DNA from: a virus
IMG/VR virus record: IMGVR_UViG_3300045988_167063
Strand: one strand, 5' to 3'
DNA length: 64,000 nucleotides
The position numbers and the translations under genes are program-made. This document shows positions 1 to 9,455 of the stretch, piece by piece (position 1 is the first letter of the stretch; every line of letters starts with the position of its first letter). The notes under the pieces were generated by a model. It was not told the DNA's origin. It searched no databases and saw only the letters and a program-made list of their open reading frames with translations.

Positions 1-672
1 AAAATAGGCTATAATAATCATTATAAAGTAATTAATTCAAAGGATTATGGCTCGGTTCAAAGCAGAGAACGAATTTATATAGTAAGTATTAGAAAAGATA
101 TAGATAATGGCTTATTTTCCTTTATAGATAAGATAGATAATAAAAAAGTTATGAAAGACATTGTTGAAAATTTGAATGAAAATGATTATTATTTATCCAA
201 TAATAAGATTGAAAAAATATATAATTGGAAAGCACGACAAAGACCATTCACTAAAGTTCTCGGTCAAAATAGTGTTTGCCCTACAATAACCGCAAGAGGT
301 TGTGGCGAATATCATAGTGGAATGATATTATATAGCGACAAATTATTAGATACAACTAATTGTGAATTAAAAGAAAACCCTATTGAATTTATAAAATCTA
401 TTCACCCTCGTGTTCTTACTGAATTAGAGGCTTTTAGAGTTATGGGGTTTTCAGATGAAGATTATTATTCTTGTCAAAATGCAAATATTCCTTCTCGTCA
501 ACTTTATAAGATAACAGGAAATAGTATTGTGGTAGATGTATTATATTATATCTATTTGCAACTTTATAAAGCTATTCCTGATATATTTGAAGATTTAAAA
601 GTTATTAGTTTCTTTAGTGGTATGGGAGCATTTGAAAAAGCATTAGATAAACTTTATTCTCAAATTTCATAA
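1..672 (+). CDS. DNA (cytosine-5)-methyltransferase, C-terminal portion (5' end outside window)
   Basis: The frame is open from base 1 into ORF 151..672. Motifs: QSRERIYIV (motif VIII), CPTITARG (target-recognition region), RVLTELEAFRVMGF (IX), GNSIVVDV (X). Confidence 0.85.
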   Translation, partial: KIGYNNHYKVINSKDYGSVQSRERIYIVSIRKDIDNGLFSFIDKIDNKKVMKDIVENLNENDYYLSNNKIEKIYNWKARQRPFTKVLGQNSVCPTITARGCGEYHSGMILYSDKLLDTTNCELKENPIEFIKSIHPRVLTELEAFRVMGFSDEDYYSCQNANIPSRQLYKITGNSIVVDVLYYIYLQLYKAIPDIFEDLKVISFFSGMGAFEKALDKLYSQIS

Positions 673-680
673 ATTTACTC

Positions 681-709
681 TTGACAATACACCTTTTATG
701 TGGTATAAT
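681..709 (+). promoter_or_regulatory. sigma70-type promoter (TTGACA, 17 nt, TG-n-TATAAT)
   Basis: TTGACA at 681-686 and tgGTATAAT with TATAAT at 704-709, 17-nt spacer, directly after the methyltransferase stop. Confidence 0.6.
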
Positions 710-740
710 GCGAATATACTATATAAGAGGTGTATTTACT

Positions 741-1118
741 ATGTGTGAATTATATCACAGAAAAATTAAATGGAATAAAAATTTTGACAAATCTTATAAT
801 GAAATGTTGTCAACTAAACCATATATTCAATATAGTCAACATTTTTCGCAAAGATTTAAAGAAAAAGGCTTTAATTTAAGACTTTTTGAACAAGCGTTAT
901 ATTCTATTAAATACCAACATAAAGGTTATTTATTTGAAGTTGGAGTAGAAAATAATATCCCTTGCAAGTTTGTTATTAGAACAAAATATGATGACAGCCG
1001 AGATATTGTGTTTGTTTTAAAGAAAATCAATAAAAGTGTTTTGTTAATAACGGCTTGGCTCAACGAAAATGACGATAATCATTATACTTTAGATAGGAGT
1101 AAATATATATGCAATTAA
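741..1118 (+). CDS. hypothetical protein (weak DUF4258-like pattern)
   Basis: ATG at 741 preceded by AGAGGTG. ORF-track start 681 lies inside the promoter. HFSQRFKEKGF ... VLLITAW loosely resembles DUF4258 small toxin-like proteins. Confidence 0.55.
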   Translation: MCELYHRKIKWNKNFDKSYNEMLSTKPYIQYSQHFSQRFKEKGFNLRLFEQALYSIKYQHKGYLFEVGVENNIPCKFVIRTKYDDSRDIVFVLKKINKSVLLITAWLNENDDNHYTLDRSKYICN

Positions 1119-3328
1119 AAGTAAAGGCAAAAGTAATTAGAGAAATTTATCATAATGATAATTTTTATATTCTTGCTTTATCGCCTATGAAAATATATGA
1201 CAATCTTGAAATTACTCAATATGGCACATTTACTTGCAAAGGTGAATTATCAATGTTGACAGTTGGGCAGGAATATGACCTTGTTATTGAACCTATAAGC
1301 AATGATAAATATGGCACTTGCTATAAAGTGGTTGATGTGCCGAGTTTAAAAGTCGAGGATTTAAGTGACGATGACGAACTTGAAATATTAAGAACAATAA
1401 CCACAAACTCTCAAGCCGACTATGTTCATAAAGCATATCCAAATTTTATAAGGCTTATTTTAAATGGCGAAGAAGATAAAATAGATATTAAAAACATCTA
1501 TAATGTAGGTGAAACAAGGCTTAAAGTTTACAAAAGACTTATAAATGAAAAATTTAGATATTATTATCTTATGAAACAGACAAAAGAATATAAAATTTCA
1601 ATGTCGGACTGTAAACTTTTATTGAGCAAATACAAAACAATAGAGGAATGTGTAAAGAAAATCAATAATACTCCATATTTCATTCTTATGGAGGTGTTAG
1701 GGCGAACATTCGAGAATATTGACAAGATGATACTTGATATTCAACCTGACCTAAAAGTGTCTAAACAACGCTGTGAGGCTCTTATAATAGGTGTTCTGCG
1801 TAGGAATGAAGTTGACGGTTCAACAAGGCTTTATGCAAACGATTTATTCTATTATATTAAAGAGGAATATGACGCTAAAGAATTGTTGCCTATGCTCAAA
1901 GATGTTGCAGTTGAAAGTGATTTAATTTATTATGATGAAAAAACTAAAGATTTATCAATAATGTCAACTTATTTTGCTGAATGTAAAATAGCAGACTTTG
2001 TAAAAAGTAAAATACAAAATAGTAAAAAACTTGATATTGATTATACTAAATATAAAAACATTGATAATTTTATTATGAGTGATATGCAGTTAAATGCTTT
2101 AAAGGTTTTTTGCGAAAGTAATATTAGTATTTTGGCAGGCTTTAGCGGCGGAGGGAAGACAACAGCTATAAAAGGACTTGTTTCTCTTATGGAAGATAAT
2201 CATTTGACCTATACTTTACTCTCTCCAACAGGTAAAGCCTCTAAAGTATTATCTGAAAGTACAGGCAGAAAAGCCTACACTATTCATAAGCGTTGTTTTT
2301 CAGGCTCTATTGATACAGATGTAGTAATTGTTGATGAATGTGGTATGGTGTCACTTGATGTATTTTGTATGTTATTATCAGCAATTCAAAATGATAATGC
2401 AAGAATAGTATTAGTAGGCGACCCTGCACAGTTATCCTCAATCGGCTTGTCTAAAATTTATGATGATTTGATTAAATCAAATAAAGTACCTATGACAATG
2501 CTTACTGAAGTATTTAGATATAAAAGTAACGGCTCTCTTTTTGTTGCAACAAATATTCGTCAAGGCAAAAATTTCTTTGATGATGATTTTGTAAAACATA
2601 ATGAAAATACAAACGAATATACTGTGAGCGATAATTATAAGTTCATTCAAACAGATGAAGTGCTTGAAACTGTTGTTAATGAATATAAAAAGCTTTTACA
2701 AAAAGGCATAAAAAAAGAAAACATTATGGTATTAAGTCCATTCAATGTTGGTTTGTTTGGCACTTATGCAATAAATAACGAAATCCAACAAATGATTAAC
2801 CCTATTTTACCAAATGATAAAATACAGTCAAGAACAGTTAATAAAACAAAGATTGTATTTAAAGAGGGCGATTTAGTAATAAACACCAAAAATGATTATG
2901 AAGCAGTTAAAGCCGATAGCTATTATGAAAATAAAGATGTCGAGGGCATTTCAGAGTCAGATTATGAAACCACAGCAATAGTAAATGGGCAAATGGGTAT
3001 AATTCGAGAAGTAGTTGACAAAGGCTTGATAATTCAATTTGATGAGGAAATGGTTTATATGAACCGAAATAAACTTAATCATCTACTTTTGGGTTATGCA
3101 ATAAGTTGTCACAAGTCACAAGGTTCAACTATTGATTATAGTATTAACATTATTACAAACGCACATAAAAATATGTTGTCAAGAGGTTTATTATATGTTG
3201 CAACTACAAGGTGTAGAAAATCACACATAGATATAGGTGACGAAAGTGCTTTTCAATATGCGTTATCTGTATGTGACAATGATTTAAGAAAAACTTGGCT
3301 TTTAGATTTAATGACTGAAGAAAAATAA
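1109..3328 (+). CDS. RecD-like SF1 DNA helicase
   Basis: Walker A GFSGGGKTT, Walker B VVIVDECGMV, VLVGDPAQLSS, and C-terminal YAISCHKSQGS motif typical of RecD/RecD2 helicases. Confidence 0.85.
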   Translation: MQLKVKAKVIREIYHNDNFYILALSPMKIYDNLEITQYGTFTCKGELSMLTVGQEYDLVIEPISNDKYGTCYKVVDVPSLKVEDLSDDDELEILRTITTNSQADYVHKAYPNFIRLILNGEEDKIDIKNIYNVGETRLKVYKRLINEKFRYYYLMKQTKEYKISMSDCKLLLSKYKTIEECVKKINNTPYFILMEVLGRTFENIDKMILDIQPDLKVSKQRCEALIIGVLRRNEVDGSTRLYANDLFYYIKEEYDAKELLPMLKDVAVESDLIYYDEKTKDLSIMSTYFAECKIADFVKSKIQNSKKLDIDYTKYKNIDNFIMSDMQLNALKVFCESNISILAGFSGGGKTTAIKGLVSLMEDNHLTYTLLSPTGKASKVLSESTGRKAYTIHKRCFSGSIDTDVVIVDECGMVSLDVFCMLLSAIQNDNARIVLVGDPAQLSSIGLSKIYDDLIKSNKVPMTMLTEVFRYKSNGSLFVATNIRQGKNFFDDDFVKHNENTNEYTVSDNYKFIQTDEVLETVVNEYKKLLQKGIKKENIMVLSPFNVGLFGTYAINNEIQQMINPILPNDKIQSRTVNKTKIVFKEGDLVINTKNDYEAVKADSYYENKDVEGISESDYETTAIVNGQMGIIREVVDKGLIIQFDEEMVYMNRNKLNHLLLGYAISCHKSQGSTIDYSINIITNAHKNMLSRGLLYVATTRCRKSHIDIGDESAFQYALSVCDNDLRKTWLLDLMTEEK

Positions 3329-3340
3329 TAAAAAAAATAC

Positions 3341-3369
3341 TTGACAAATACTAAACTTTTTGATATAAT
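3341..3369 (+). promoter_or_regulatory. sigma70-type promoter
   Basis: TTGACA 3341-3346, 17-nt spacer, TATAAT 3364-3369 preceded by TG. Confidence 0.6.
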
Positions 3370-3378
3370 ACAGATGTT

Positions 3379-4071
3379 GTGAGAAATAGAAAGGATGATT
3401 TTATTAAACAGAAAAGAATTATGCAAATACTTATTGGCATTTTAGCCATAATGTGTTTGGTATTTTATGGTGAAAAATTTGCATTGGCACAGCAAACAGA
3501 AACAACGATAAATGATAATAATGTTATTATCACAAATCAGCAAACAGAAATTGATAATCTAAAAAAAGAAAATCAAAAGCTAAAAGAACAGGTCAAGGCA
3601 CTAAAAAAAGAAAATTCAAAACTTAAAAACTCGCAACAAAAGAAAGACAAAACAAAATTGAAATCTTATAAAGTGCCGAAAAATATGTATTTTAAATCTT
3701 ATACTAACTACAAATGTTTAAGTCGTTCTTCAGCACAATGGAAATTACAAAAAAAGGCTTATACAGATAAAAATGGTTTAAGAAAAATTGGTGACGATTA
3801 CCTTGTTGCAATGGGTAGCTATTATACAAAGCATTTAGGTGATAGATTTAAAATTACCTTATCGACAGGAAAATCGTTTACAGTTAGAATATGTGATTTT
3901 AAAGCTAATAGCGACACTAATTCAACACATCAATACACAGCAAATGGTTGTATGATTGAGTTTTATGTTGATAGCAACCTAAACTCTAAAGCAAGACGAA
4001 TGGGCGATATATCCTATATCAAAGGATTTAAAGGCAATATTACTAAAGTAGAAAAAATTATAAAGGAGTAA
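3379..4071 (+). CDS. membrane-anchored coiled-coil protein with C-terminal 3D/RlpA-like (double-psi barrel-like) domain
   Basis: N-terminal hydrophobic helix ILIGILAIMCLVFYG, lysine-rich coiled coil, C-terminal GDRFKITLSTGKSFTVRICD pattern. Start uncertain: GTG 3379 or ATG 3421. Confidence 0.5.
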   Translation: MRNRKDDFIKQKRIMQILIGILAIMCLVFYGEKFALAQQTETTINDNNVIITNQQTEIDNLKKENQKLKEQVKALKKENSKLKNSQQKKDKTKLKSYKVPKNMYFKSYTNYKCLSRSSAQWKLQKKAYTDKNGLRKIGDDYLVAMGSYYTKHLGDRFKITLSTGKSFTVRICDFKANSDTNSTHQYTANGCMIEFYVDSNLNSKARRMGDISYIKGFKGNITKVEKIIKE

Positions 4072-4077
4072 AAAAAT

Positions 4078-4386
4078 ATGAAAAAGATTTTTATATCTCA
4101 ACCAATGAAAGATAAAACAACAGAACAAATCGAAAAAGAAAGAGAACAAGCATTTTCTGAATTGCATAAATTATTTGGAGATGATTTTGAAATTATTGAT
4201 AGTGTTTTTGATTTTGAAAATGTAGAAAATGTAAACAAAGGTCTTTATTATCTTTCAAAATCTCTTGAATTACTTTCAACAGCAGATTGTGCAGTCTTTT
4301 TAAGTGGTTGGGATAAGGCTCGTGGCTGTTTAATTGAAAAAGAATGTTGTGACAAATACGGAATTGAAACCATTATATTAAATTAA
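4078..4386 (+). CDS. DUF4406 / nucleoside 2-deoxyribosyltransferase-like small protein
   Basis: KIFISQPM N-terminus and ADCAVFLSGWDKARGCLIEKECC C-terminal pattern typical of this phage family. RBS GGAG upstream. Confidence 0.5.
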   Translation: MKKIFISQPMKDKTTEQIEKEREQAFSELHKLFGDDFEIIDSVFDFENVENVNKGLYYLSKSLELLSTADCAVFLSGWDKARGCLIEKECCDKYGIETIILN

Positions 4387-4397
4387 GGAGTGATTTA

Positions 4398-4898
4398 ATG
4401 GCAAATTTATATGAAATTGACACAAAACTTGTCAATGCAATCGAATGTGGTTGTGATGTTGAAACAGGTGAGTTTATTGACGAAAAAGGCATAGAAGATT
4501 TATATATGGAACTCAATAATAAAATTGAGGGAATTGCTTTATATCGTAAGAACACCGAAAGTGACATTGAGGCTATTGATAAGGAAATTGAAGCCTTAAA
4601 GAAACGCAAAGAAATCAAACAAAACAAACTTAAAGGCTTGACAAATTATTTGAGCAGTTATCTTTTAAGTAAGGATATTAAGAAGTTTGAAACACCTAAA
4701 GTGCTTATTAAATTCCGTAAATCAACACAAGTTGAAATTCTTGATGAAAGTAAATTGCCTCAAGAATTTGTACGAAAGATTGAAAAGGTCGAATATAAGC
4801 CTGATAAGAAAGAAATTAAGAACTACTTAAAGACAAATCCTGATAAGATTATTGAGGGTTGTAGACTTGTTGAAAATCAAAATATTTCAATTATATAA
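4398..4898 (+). CDS. Siphovirus Gp157-like protein
   Basis: MANLYEI...IDEKGIEDLYMELNNKIEGIALYRKNTESDIEAIDKEIEALKKRK coiled-coil layout characteristic of the Gp157 family. AAGGAG RBS. Confidence 0.65.
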   Translation: MANLYEIDTKLVNAIECGCDVETGEFIDEKGIEDLYMELNNKIEGIALYRKNTESDIEAIDKEIEALKKRKEIKQNKLKGLTNYLSSYLLSKDIKKFETPKVLIKFRKSTQVEILDESKLPQEFVRKIEKVEYKPDKKEIKNYLKTNPDKIIEGCRLVENQNISII

Positions 4899-4907
4899 GG
4901 TGATTTA

Positions 4908-5114
4908 ATGAATAAATATATTGTCTTTTTTAATGACATTCAATTTAGTAACTTGTACTACTATAAAGGTGTAAAATATAGAATATCAAGTGAAGATAAA
5001 GATAACTATATTTTAAATCAATATATTGAGCCTTTTATAGTATCAAAAAAATTTGAAAATAAAGATTATTCGGTAGGTGATATTATAGTTGAAAGTAACA
5101 GATATGATTACTAA
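4908..5114 (+). CDS. hypothetical protein
   Basis: ORF with AAGGTG RBS, co-oriented and tightly packed. Confidence 0.5.
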   Translation: MNKYIVFFNDIQFSNLYYYKGVKYRISSEDKDNYILNQYIEPFIVSKKFENKDYSVGDIIVESNRYDY

Positions 5115-5736
5115 TGTAGATGTTTATGGATTTGAAAACGCTATTAAGTGTTCCAAATATCCTATGAGTGTTGATATTTCAACTCTTAATACAGATATAA
5201 CAAATACTGTCAAGAAACTTGGAAATGCTCAAAAAGGAAGCGGACACGATAATTTTTTAAAAGGTATTATTGTGCAATTTGATTTAACAATGACACCTAA
5301 AATGTCGATTGAACTTGAACGCTATCATTTTATTGATTTTATTTCAAGTCAATCAACAATGCACCGAATTACAAAATTTGATTTAGATAAAGCATATATT
5401 GAATATGTTGATAAAAGAATTATTGATATTATGAAAGATAAAGTTAATGAATATAATAAGTTAGTGGAACTCACTAAAGACAAATCTTTTTATGATAATA
5501 ACAAATGGGATATTGAAAATGAAAAAGAATATAAAGATGTTCTAAACAATTTATATCTTGAAATTCTTTACTCTAATCCTTGTGGCTTTAAACTTACAGC
5601 AGGAATGACAACAAATTATCAACAGTTAAAAACAATATATTATCAAAGAAAAAATCATAAACTCCCTGAATGGCGAACATTTTGTGAGTGGATAGAAACA
5701 TTACCATACTTTAAAGAAATTTGTTTGGAGGACTAA
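5089..5736 (+). CDS. ThyX-fold homolog with degenerate signature
   Basis: SGHDNFLKGIIVQFDL...LERYHFIDFISSQSTMH parallels ThyX HGHETPFEH..F.V....RHRxxSxxxxSxRY, but RHR is RYH and SGRY is STMH. Start is TTG 5089 or ATG 5104. Confidence 0.45.
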   Translation: MKVTDMITNVDVYGFENAIKCSKYPMSVDISTLNTDITNTVKKLGNAQKGSGHDNFLKGIIVQFDLTMTPKMSIELERYHFIDFISSQSTMHRITKFDLDKAYIEYVDKRIIDIMKDKVNEYNKLVELTKDKSFYDNNKWDIENEKEYKDVLNNLYLEILYSNPCGFKLTAGMTTNYQQLKTIYYQRKNHKLPEWRTFCEWIETLPYFKEICLED

Positions 5737-5739
5737 AAT

Positions 5740-5976
5740 ATGTCAAGAGCTTATCAATGTGATATTTGTAAAGGTTTTTATTGTGATAATGAAAGCACAA
5801 ATTCTAAAATTATTAAACACAATAATCTTTTTAAACTTTCTGGGACTGATGTATATTCATTATATGACACCAATACTAATAGCAAATTTGACGCAGATAT
5901 TTGCCCAAATTGCACAAAAAGAATACAAGACACGATTGATGATATTCTTAGAGAACACATAGAAATTAGAAACTAA
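5740..5976 (+). CDS. zinc-ribbon protein
   Basis: CDIC ... CPNC cysteine pairs. ATG with GGAGGA RBS. Confidence 0.6.
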   Translation: MSRAYQCDICKGFYCDNESTNSKIIKHNNLFKLSGTDVYSLYDTNTNSKFDADICPNCTKRIQDTIDDILREHIEIRN

Positions 5977-6001
5977 GTAACATATTAAGGAGAAAATAAT
6001 T

Positions 6002-6160
6002 ATGAATAAGAAAGAAATTTGCGAAACAGCATATAACCTCATTTGTGGACTCGGTGATATTGATGATGAAGAATTTATAAATACAATTATCAATGCAATC
6101 TATAATAGAGAGGAATATACAGTTGAAGAAATTTTGGAAGAAGTTGAAATCGAAGATTAA
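6002..6160 (+). CDS. small acidic hypothetical protein (52 aa)
   Basis: Hand-translated ATG 6002 to TAA 6160 with AAGGAG RBS. Below the ORF-track size cutoff. Confidence 0.45.
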   Translation: MNKKEICETAYNLICGLGDIDDEEFINTIINAIYNREEYTVEEILEEVEIED

Positions 6161-6252
6161 ATTAAGAAAAACGCTTTTAGCAGTAGGCTTAGACCTTACT
6201 GAAAAAGATATATTTGACGAATGTGGTATCACATTAAAAATGTAATAAAGGA

Positions 6253-6819
6253 GTGGTTTATTTGATTGTATTAGTCGGTGAAAGTGCAAGTGGAAAGTCA
6301 ACAATAGAAAATGAATTAGCTGATTATTTTGGTTATGAAAAAATTATCACTTTCACCACAAGACCTCAACGCAAAGGTGAAGAAAATGGTAAAGACTATT
6401 ACTTTGTATCTGATAACACATTTAATTCATTAAAAAATACAAATTATTTCTTTGAAACAGCAGAATATAATGGTTGGCAATATGGCTCACCTATTCCCCA
6501 AGAAAGAGATAATAAAGTAATTATATTAACTCCACAAGGTTTAAGAGCATTACAGCGTTATCGAACTAAAAGCAACAATAAAATAGACTTTAAAAGTTTT
6601 TATATTAAAGTGCCACGCAGAGAACGGCTGATAAGGCTACTTAATAGAGGTGATAATATTGAAGAAGCATATCGGAGAAATTTATCTGATTTAGGTATGT
6701 TTTCGGGAATAGAAAATGAAGTTGATTATACAATAAGTAATGAAAACTCTCACGATATTTACGCTTTGTGTTGTAAAATAGACTATCTATATAATAAAGG
6801 TGGTGGTATTCATAATTAG
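6253..6819 (+). CDS. gmk: guanylate kinase-like nucleoside monophosphate kinase
   Basis: P-loop GESASGKST and TTRPQRKGEENGKDYYFVS signature of guanylate kinases. Start is GTG 6253 or TTG 6262 after AAGGAG. Confidence 0.75.
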   Translation: MVYLIVLVGESASGKSTIENELADYFGYEKIITFTTRPQRKGEENGKDYYFVSDNTFNSLKNTNYFFETAEYNGWQYGSPIPQERDNKVIILTPQGLRALQRYRTKSNNKIDFKSFYIKVPRRERLIRLLNRGDNIEEAYRRNLSDLGMFSGIENEVDYTISNENSHDIYALCCKIDYLYNKGGGIHN

Positions 6820-7276
6820 GAAAATTTATCTTGCAGGTGGTATGCAAAATTTAACAGTTCAAGAACAAAAACAATGGCGAAAAAAAGTCATAGACTCTCT
6901 AAAAGACGAATTCAGAATACTTGAAATTGTTGACCCAACCAATTATTATAATTTTGAGCGTAAGATTTATGATACCGAAAGAGAAGTTAAGGCTTGGGAT
7001 ATTCACGAAGTTAAAACAAGTGACTTAATTATTGTTTATTTTAATGACCCACAATCTATCGGTACTGCTCAAGAATTACAATGTGCAAATGATTTTGATA
7101 TACCTGTTCTTGGCATTTATGAAAATGCCCATAATAAAGAACTTCAAATGTTAGGCAAACCTACTGAAAAACTCCACTCTTGGCTCGTTGACTCTTGTAA
7201 TAAGATTTTTGACGATATACCAAGCTGTGTTGAATATATAAAAGAATTTTATTTAGACGGAAGAAGGTTTGTATAA
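6800..7276 (+). CDS. nucleoside 2-deoxyribosyltransferase-like protein
   Basis: IYLAGGM N-terminal motif and IGTAQELQCANDFDIPVLG resemble the NDT family. Exact start unclear. Confidence 0.55.
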   Translation: MVVFIIRKIYLAGGMQNLTVQEQKQWRKKVIDSLKDEFRILEIVDPTNYYNFERKIYDTEREVKAWDIHEVKTSDLIIVYFNDPQSIGTAQELQCANDFDIPVLGIYENAHNKELQMLGKPTEKLHSWLVDSCNKIFDDIPSCVEYIKEFYLDGRRFV

Positions 7277-7277
7277 T

Positions 7278-8447
7278 ATGCAAGTAATTAAGAGAGATGC
7301 CTCTCTTGAAGATTTCAACAAACAAAAAATTGTAATTGCTATTATTTCTGCAATGGAAGAAGGCAATGGTATTAAAGAAGATATTGCTCAAAAAATTGCA
7401 GATGAAATAGAAGAAAAATACTCAAAAAGCGACACTCAAGAAATTGAGATAAACGACATTGAACTTGATGTTTTTAATGCTTTGATTAGTCATAAACAGC
7501 GACTTTCAGCAAGAGCATACGAAGGTTATCGTAGCATTAGAGAATTTCAAAGAGATATTGACAATACTACTGACGGAGAATTATTAACACTTCTTTCAAA
7601 TAAAAATGATTATTGGAAAACTGAAAATTCTAATAAAAATGCAACTCTTGTAACCACTCAAAGAGATTATATGGCAGGAATTGTCAGTAAAGATTTAAGC
7701 GAAAGATTTTTATTGCCACCCGATGTAGTACAGGCACATAAAGAAGGAGTTATCCATTTCCACGATATTGACTACTTCGCTCAATCTGCCCTCCATAATT
7801 GTTGCCTTATCAATCTTCAAGATATGCTACAAAATGGAACAGTAATAAATAATGTTAAAATTGATAAACCTCACAGATTTTTGACTGCTTGTACTATTGC
7901 GACACAAGCTATAACTGCTGTGGCAAGCTCTGAATATGGTGGTTGCACTATAACATTAACAGCACTTGCTCCTTTTGTAAGAGATAGTTATGATATTTAT
8001 TATAACAAATATAAAGACAGAGGATTTAGTGATGAACAATCAAAAGAATATGCAACACAAGACCTAAAAAAAGAGGTCGAAGATGGTGTGCAAACCTTTA
8101 ATTATCAAATCAATTCAATGTCAACAACAAATGGGCAAGCACCTTTTATTACAATCTTTATGTATCTTAATGAAACCGAAGAATATAAAGATGAACTTGC
8201 AATGATTATTGAGGAATTTCTTAATCAACGCATAAAGGGAATAAAAAATAGAAAAGGTGTTTATGTAACTCAAGCATTTCCTAAACTCATATATGCTCTT
8301 GAAGAAGATAATATTACAGAAGATAGCAAATATTGGTATCTTACTGAATTATCTGCTAAATGTACTGCTAAAAGAATGGTGCCTGATTACATAAGTGAAA
8401 AAGTGATGAGAAAACTTAAAGAGGGAAATTGTTTTCCTTCAATGGGT
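7278..8447 (+). CDS. nrdD: anaerobic ribonucleoside-triphosphate reductase NrdD, exon 1
   Basis: ATP-cone start MQVIKRDASLEDFNKQKI. Frame ends ...CFPSMG, then a stop follows 6 codons later. SMG joins CRSFL of exon 2 to give the conserved SMGCRSFL. Confidence 0.85.
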
Positions 8448-8759
8448 GAACTATTGCTCATTTAAAACTATGTGAACTCATAAATATGAGGTGTATAATC
8501 TACGAATAGTAATTGTAGGAAATGACAACTAAAGATTATGCTAATAGGGAATATTCAAATTTGAACAATCCTATGCCAAGATTTAATATAATTATTAAAT
8601 AAGGTTCAACGACTATCGAAAACATAATATAAGAGAAACACTTATATGAAGAAGTGAGTAGAGTACATTCAAGGTGAAACTCCTTGCTTGGAAGTGCATA
8701 GTATTTAATATTTGGTAATAGAATATTAAGTAAAGATATAGTCTAAATAGTAATATTTG
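8448..8759 (+). mobile_element. group I intron (ORF-less) in nrdD
   Basis: Follows exon U (ggT) and ends in G. Contains GGTTCAACGACTATCG and AAGATATAGTC, matching conserved group I core elements as in T4 td and Tetrahymena. Confidence 0.7.
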
Positions 8760-9455
8760 TGTAGAAGTTTTCTTGCTCCTTTTAAAGACACCGAAAATAT
8801 CTCAAATGCGAAAAATTATAAAGACGGAGAATATAAATTCTACGGAAGACTAAATAAAGGGGTTGTAACAATCAATTTACCCGATGTAGCTTTGTCTGCT
8901 GACGGAAACATTGATGAATTTTGGAAGATTTTTGACAAAAGGCTTGAACTTTGTAGAAAAGCATTATATTGTAGATATTTAAAGCTAAAAGGAACTTTGT
9001 CTGATGTTGCTCCTATTCTTTGGCAAGATGGAGCATTAGCAAGGCTAAAACAAGGCGAAACTATTGATAAACTTTTAACAGGTGGATATTCAAGTATTTC
9101 ACTCGGTTATGCAGGTCTTTATGAATGTGTAACTTGCTTGACACATAAGCCTTATATAGACAAAGAGTCTAAAGAACTTGGCTTAAAGATAATGCAATAT
9201 ATGAATGACAAATGCGAAGAATGGGATAAAAGTGATAATATTGGCTATTCAATTTATGGTAGTCCTATTGAGTCAACTACTTATAGTTTTGCCAAACATT
9301 TAAAACAGCGTTTTGGTGATGATGTATTTATAAAAATTGACGGTAGAGATAGAGATTACATTACTAATAGCTATCATTATCCTGTATTTGAGCCGATTGA
9401 CGCCTTTAGTAAATTAAAGTTTGAAAGTGAATTTCAAGCATTATCAACAGGTGGT
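8760..9455 (+). CDS. nrdD: NrdD exon 2
   Basis: Starts CRSFLAPF. The ORF-track TTG start is the intron end. Ends ...ALSTGG before read-through into a stop. Confidence 0.8.

Noticed and set aside
8448-8465. Short tails of the nrdD ORFs past the splice donors (also 9456..9473 and 10686..10709), and the apparent TTG/GTG start codons at 8757, 10434, 49559 and 50895
   Set aside because: The tails are intron sequence read until the first stop. The non-ATG starts are the conserved ...TTG intron 3' ends picked up by the ORF caller.
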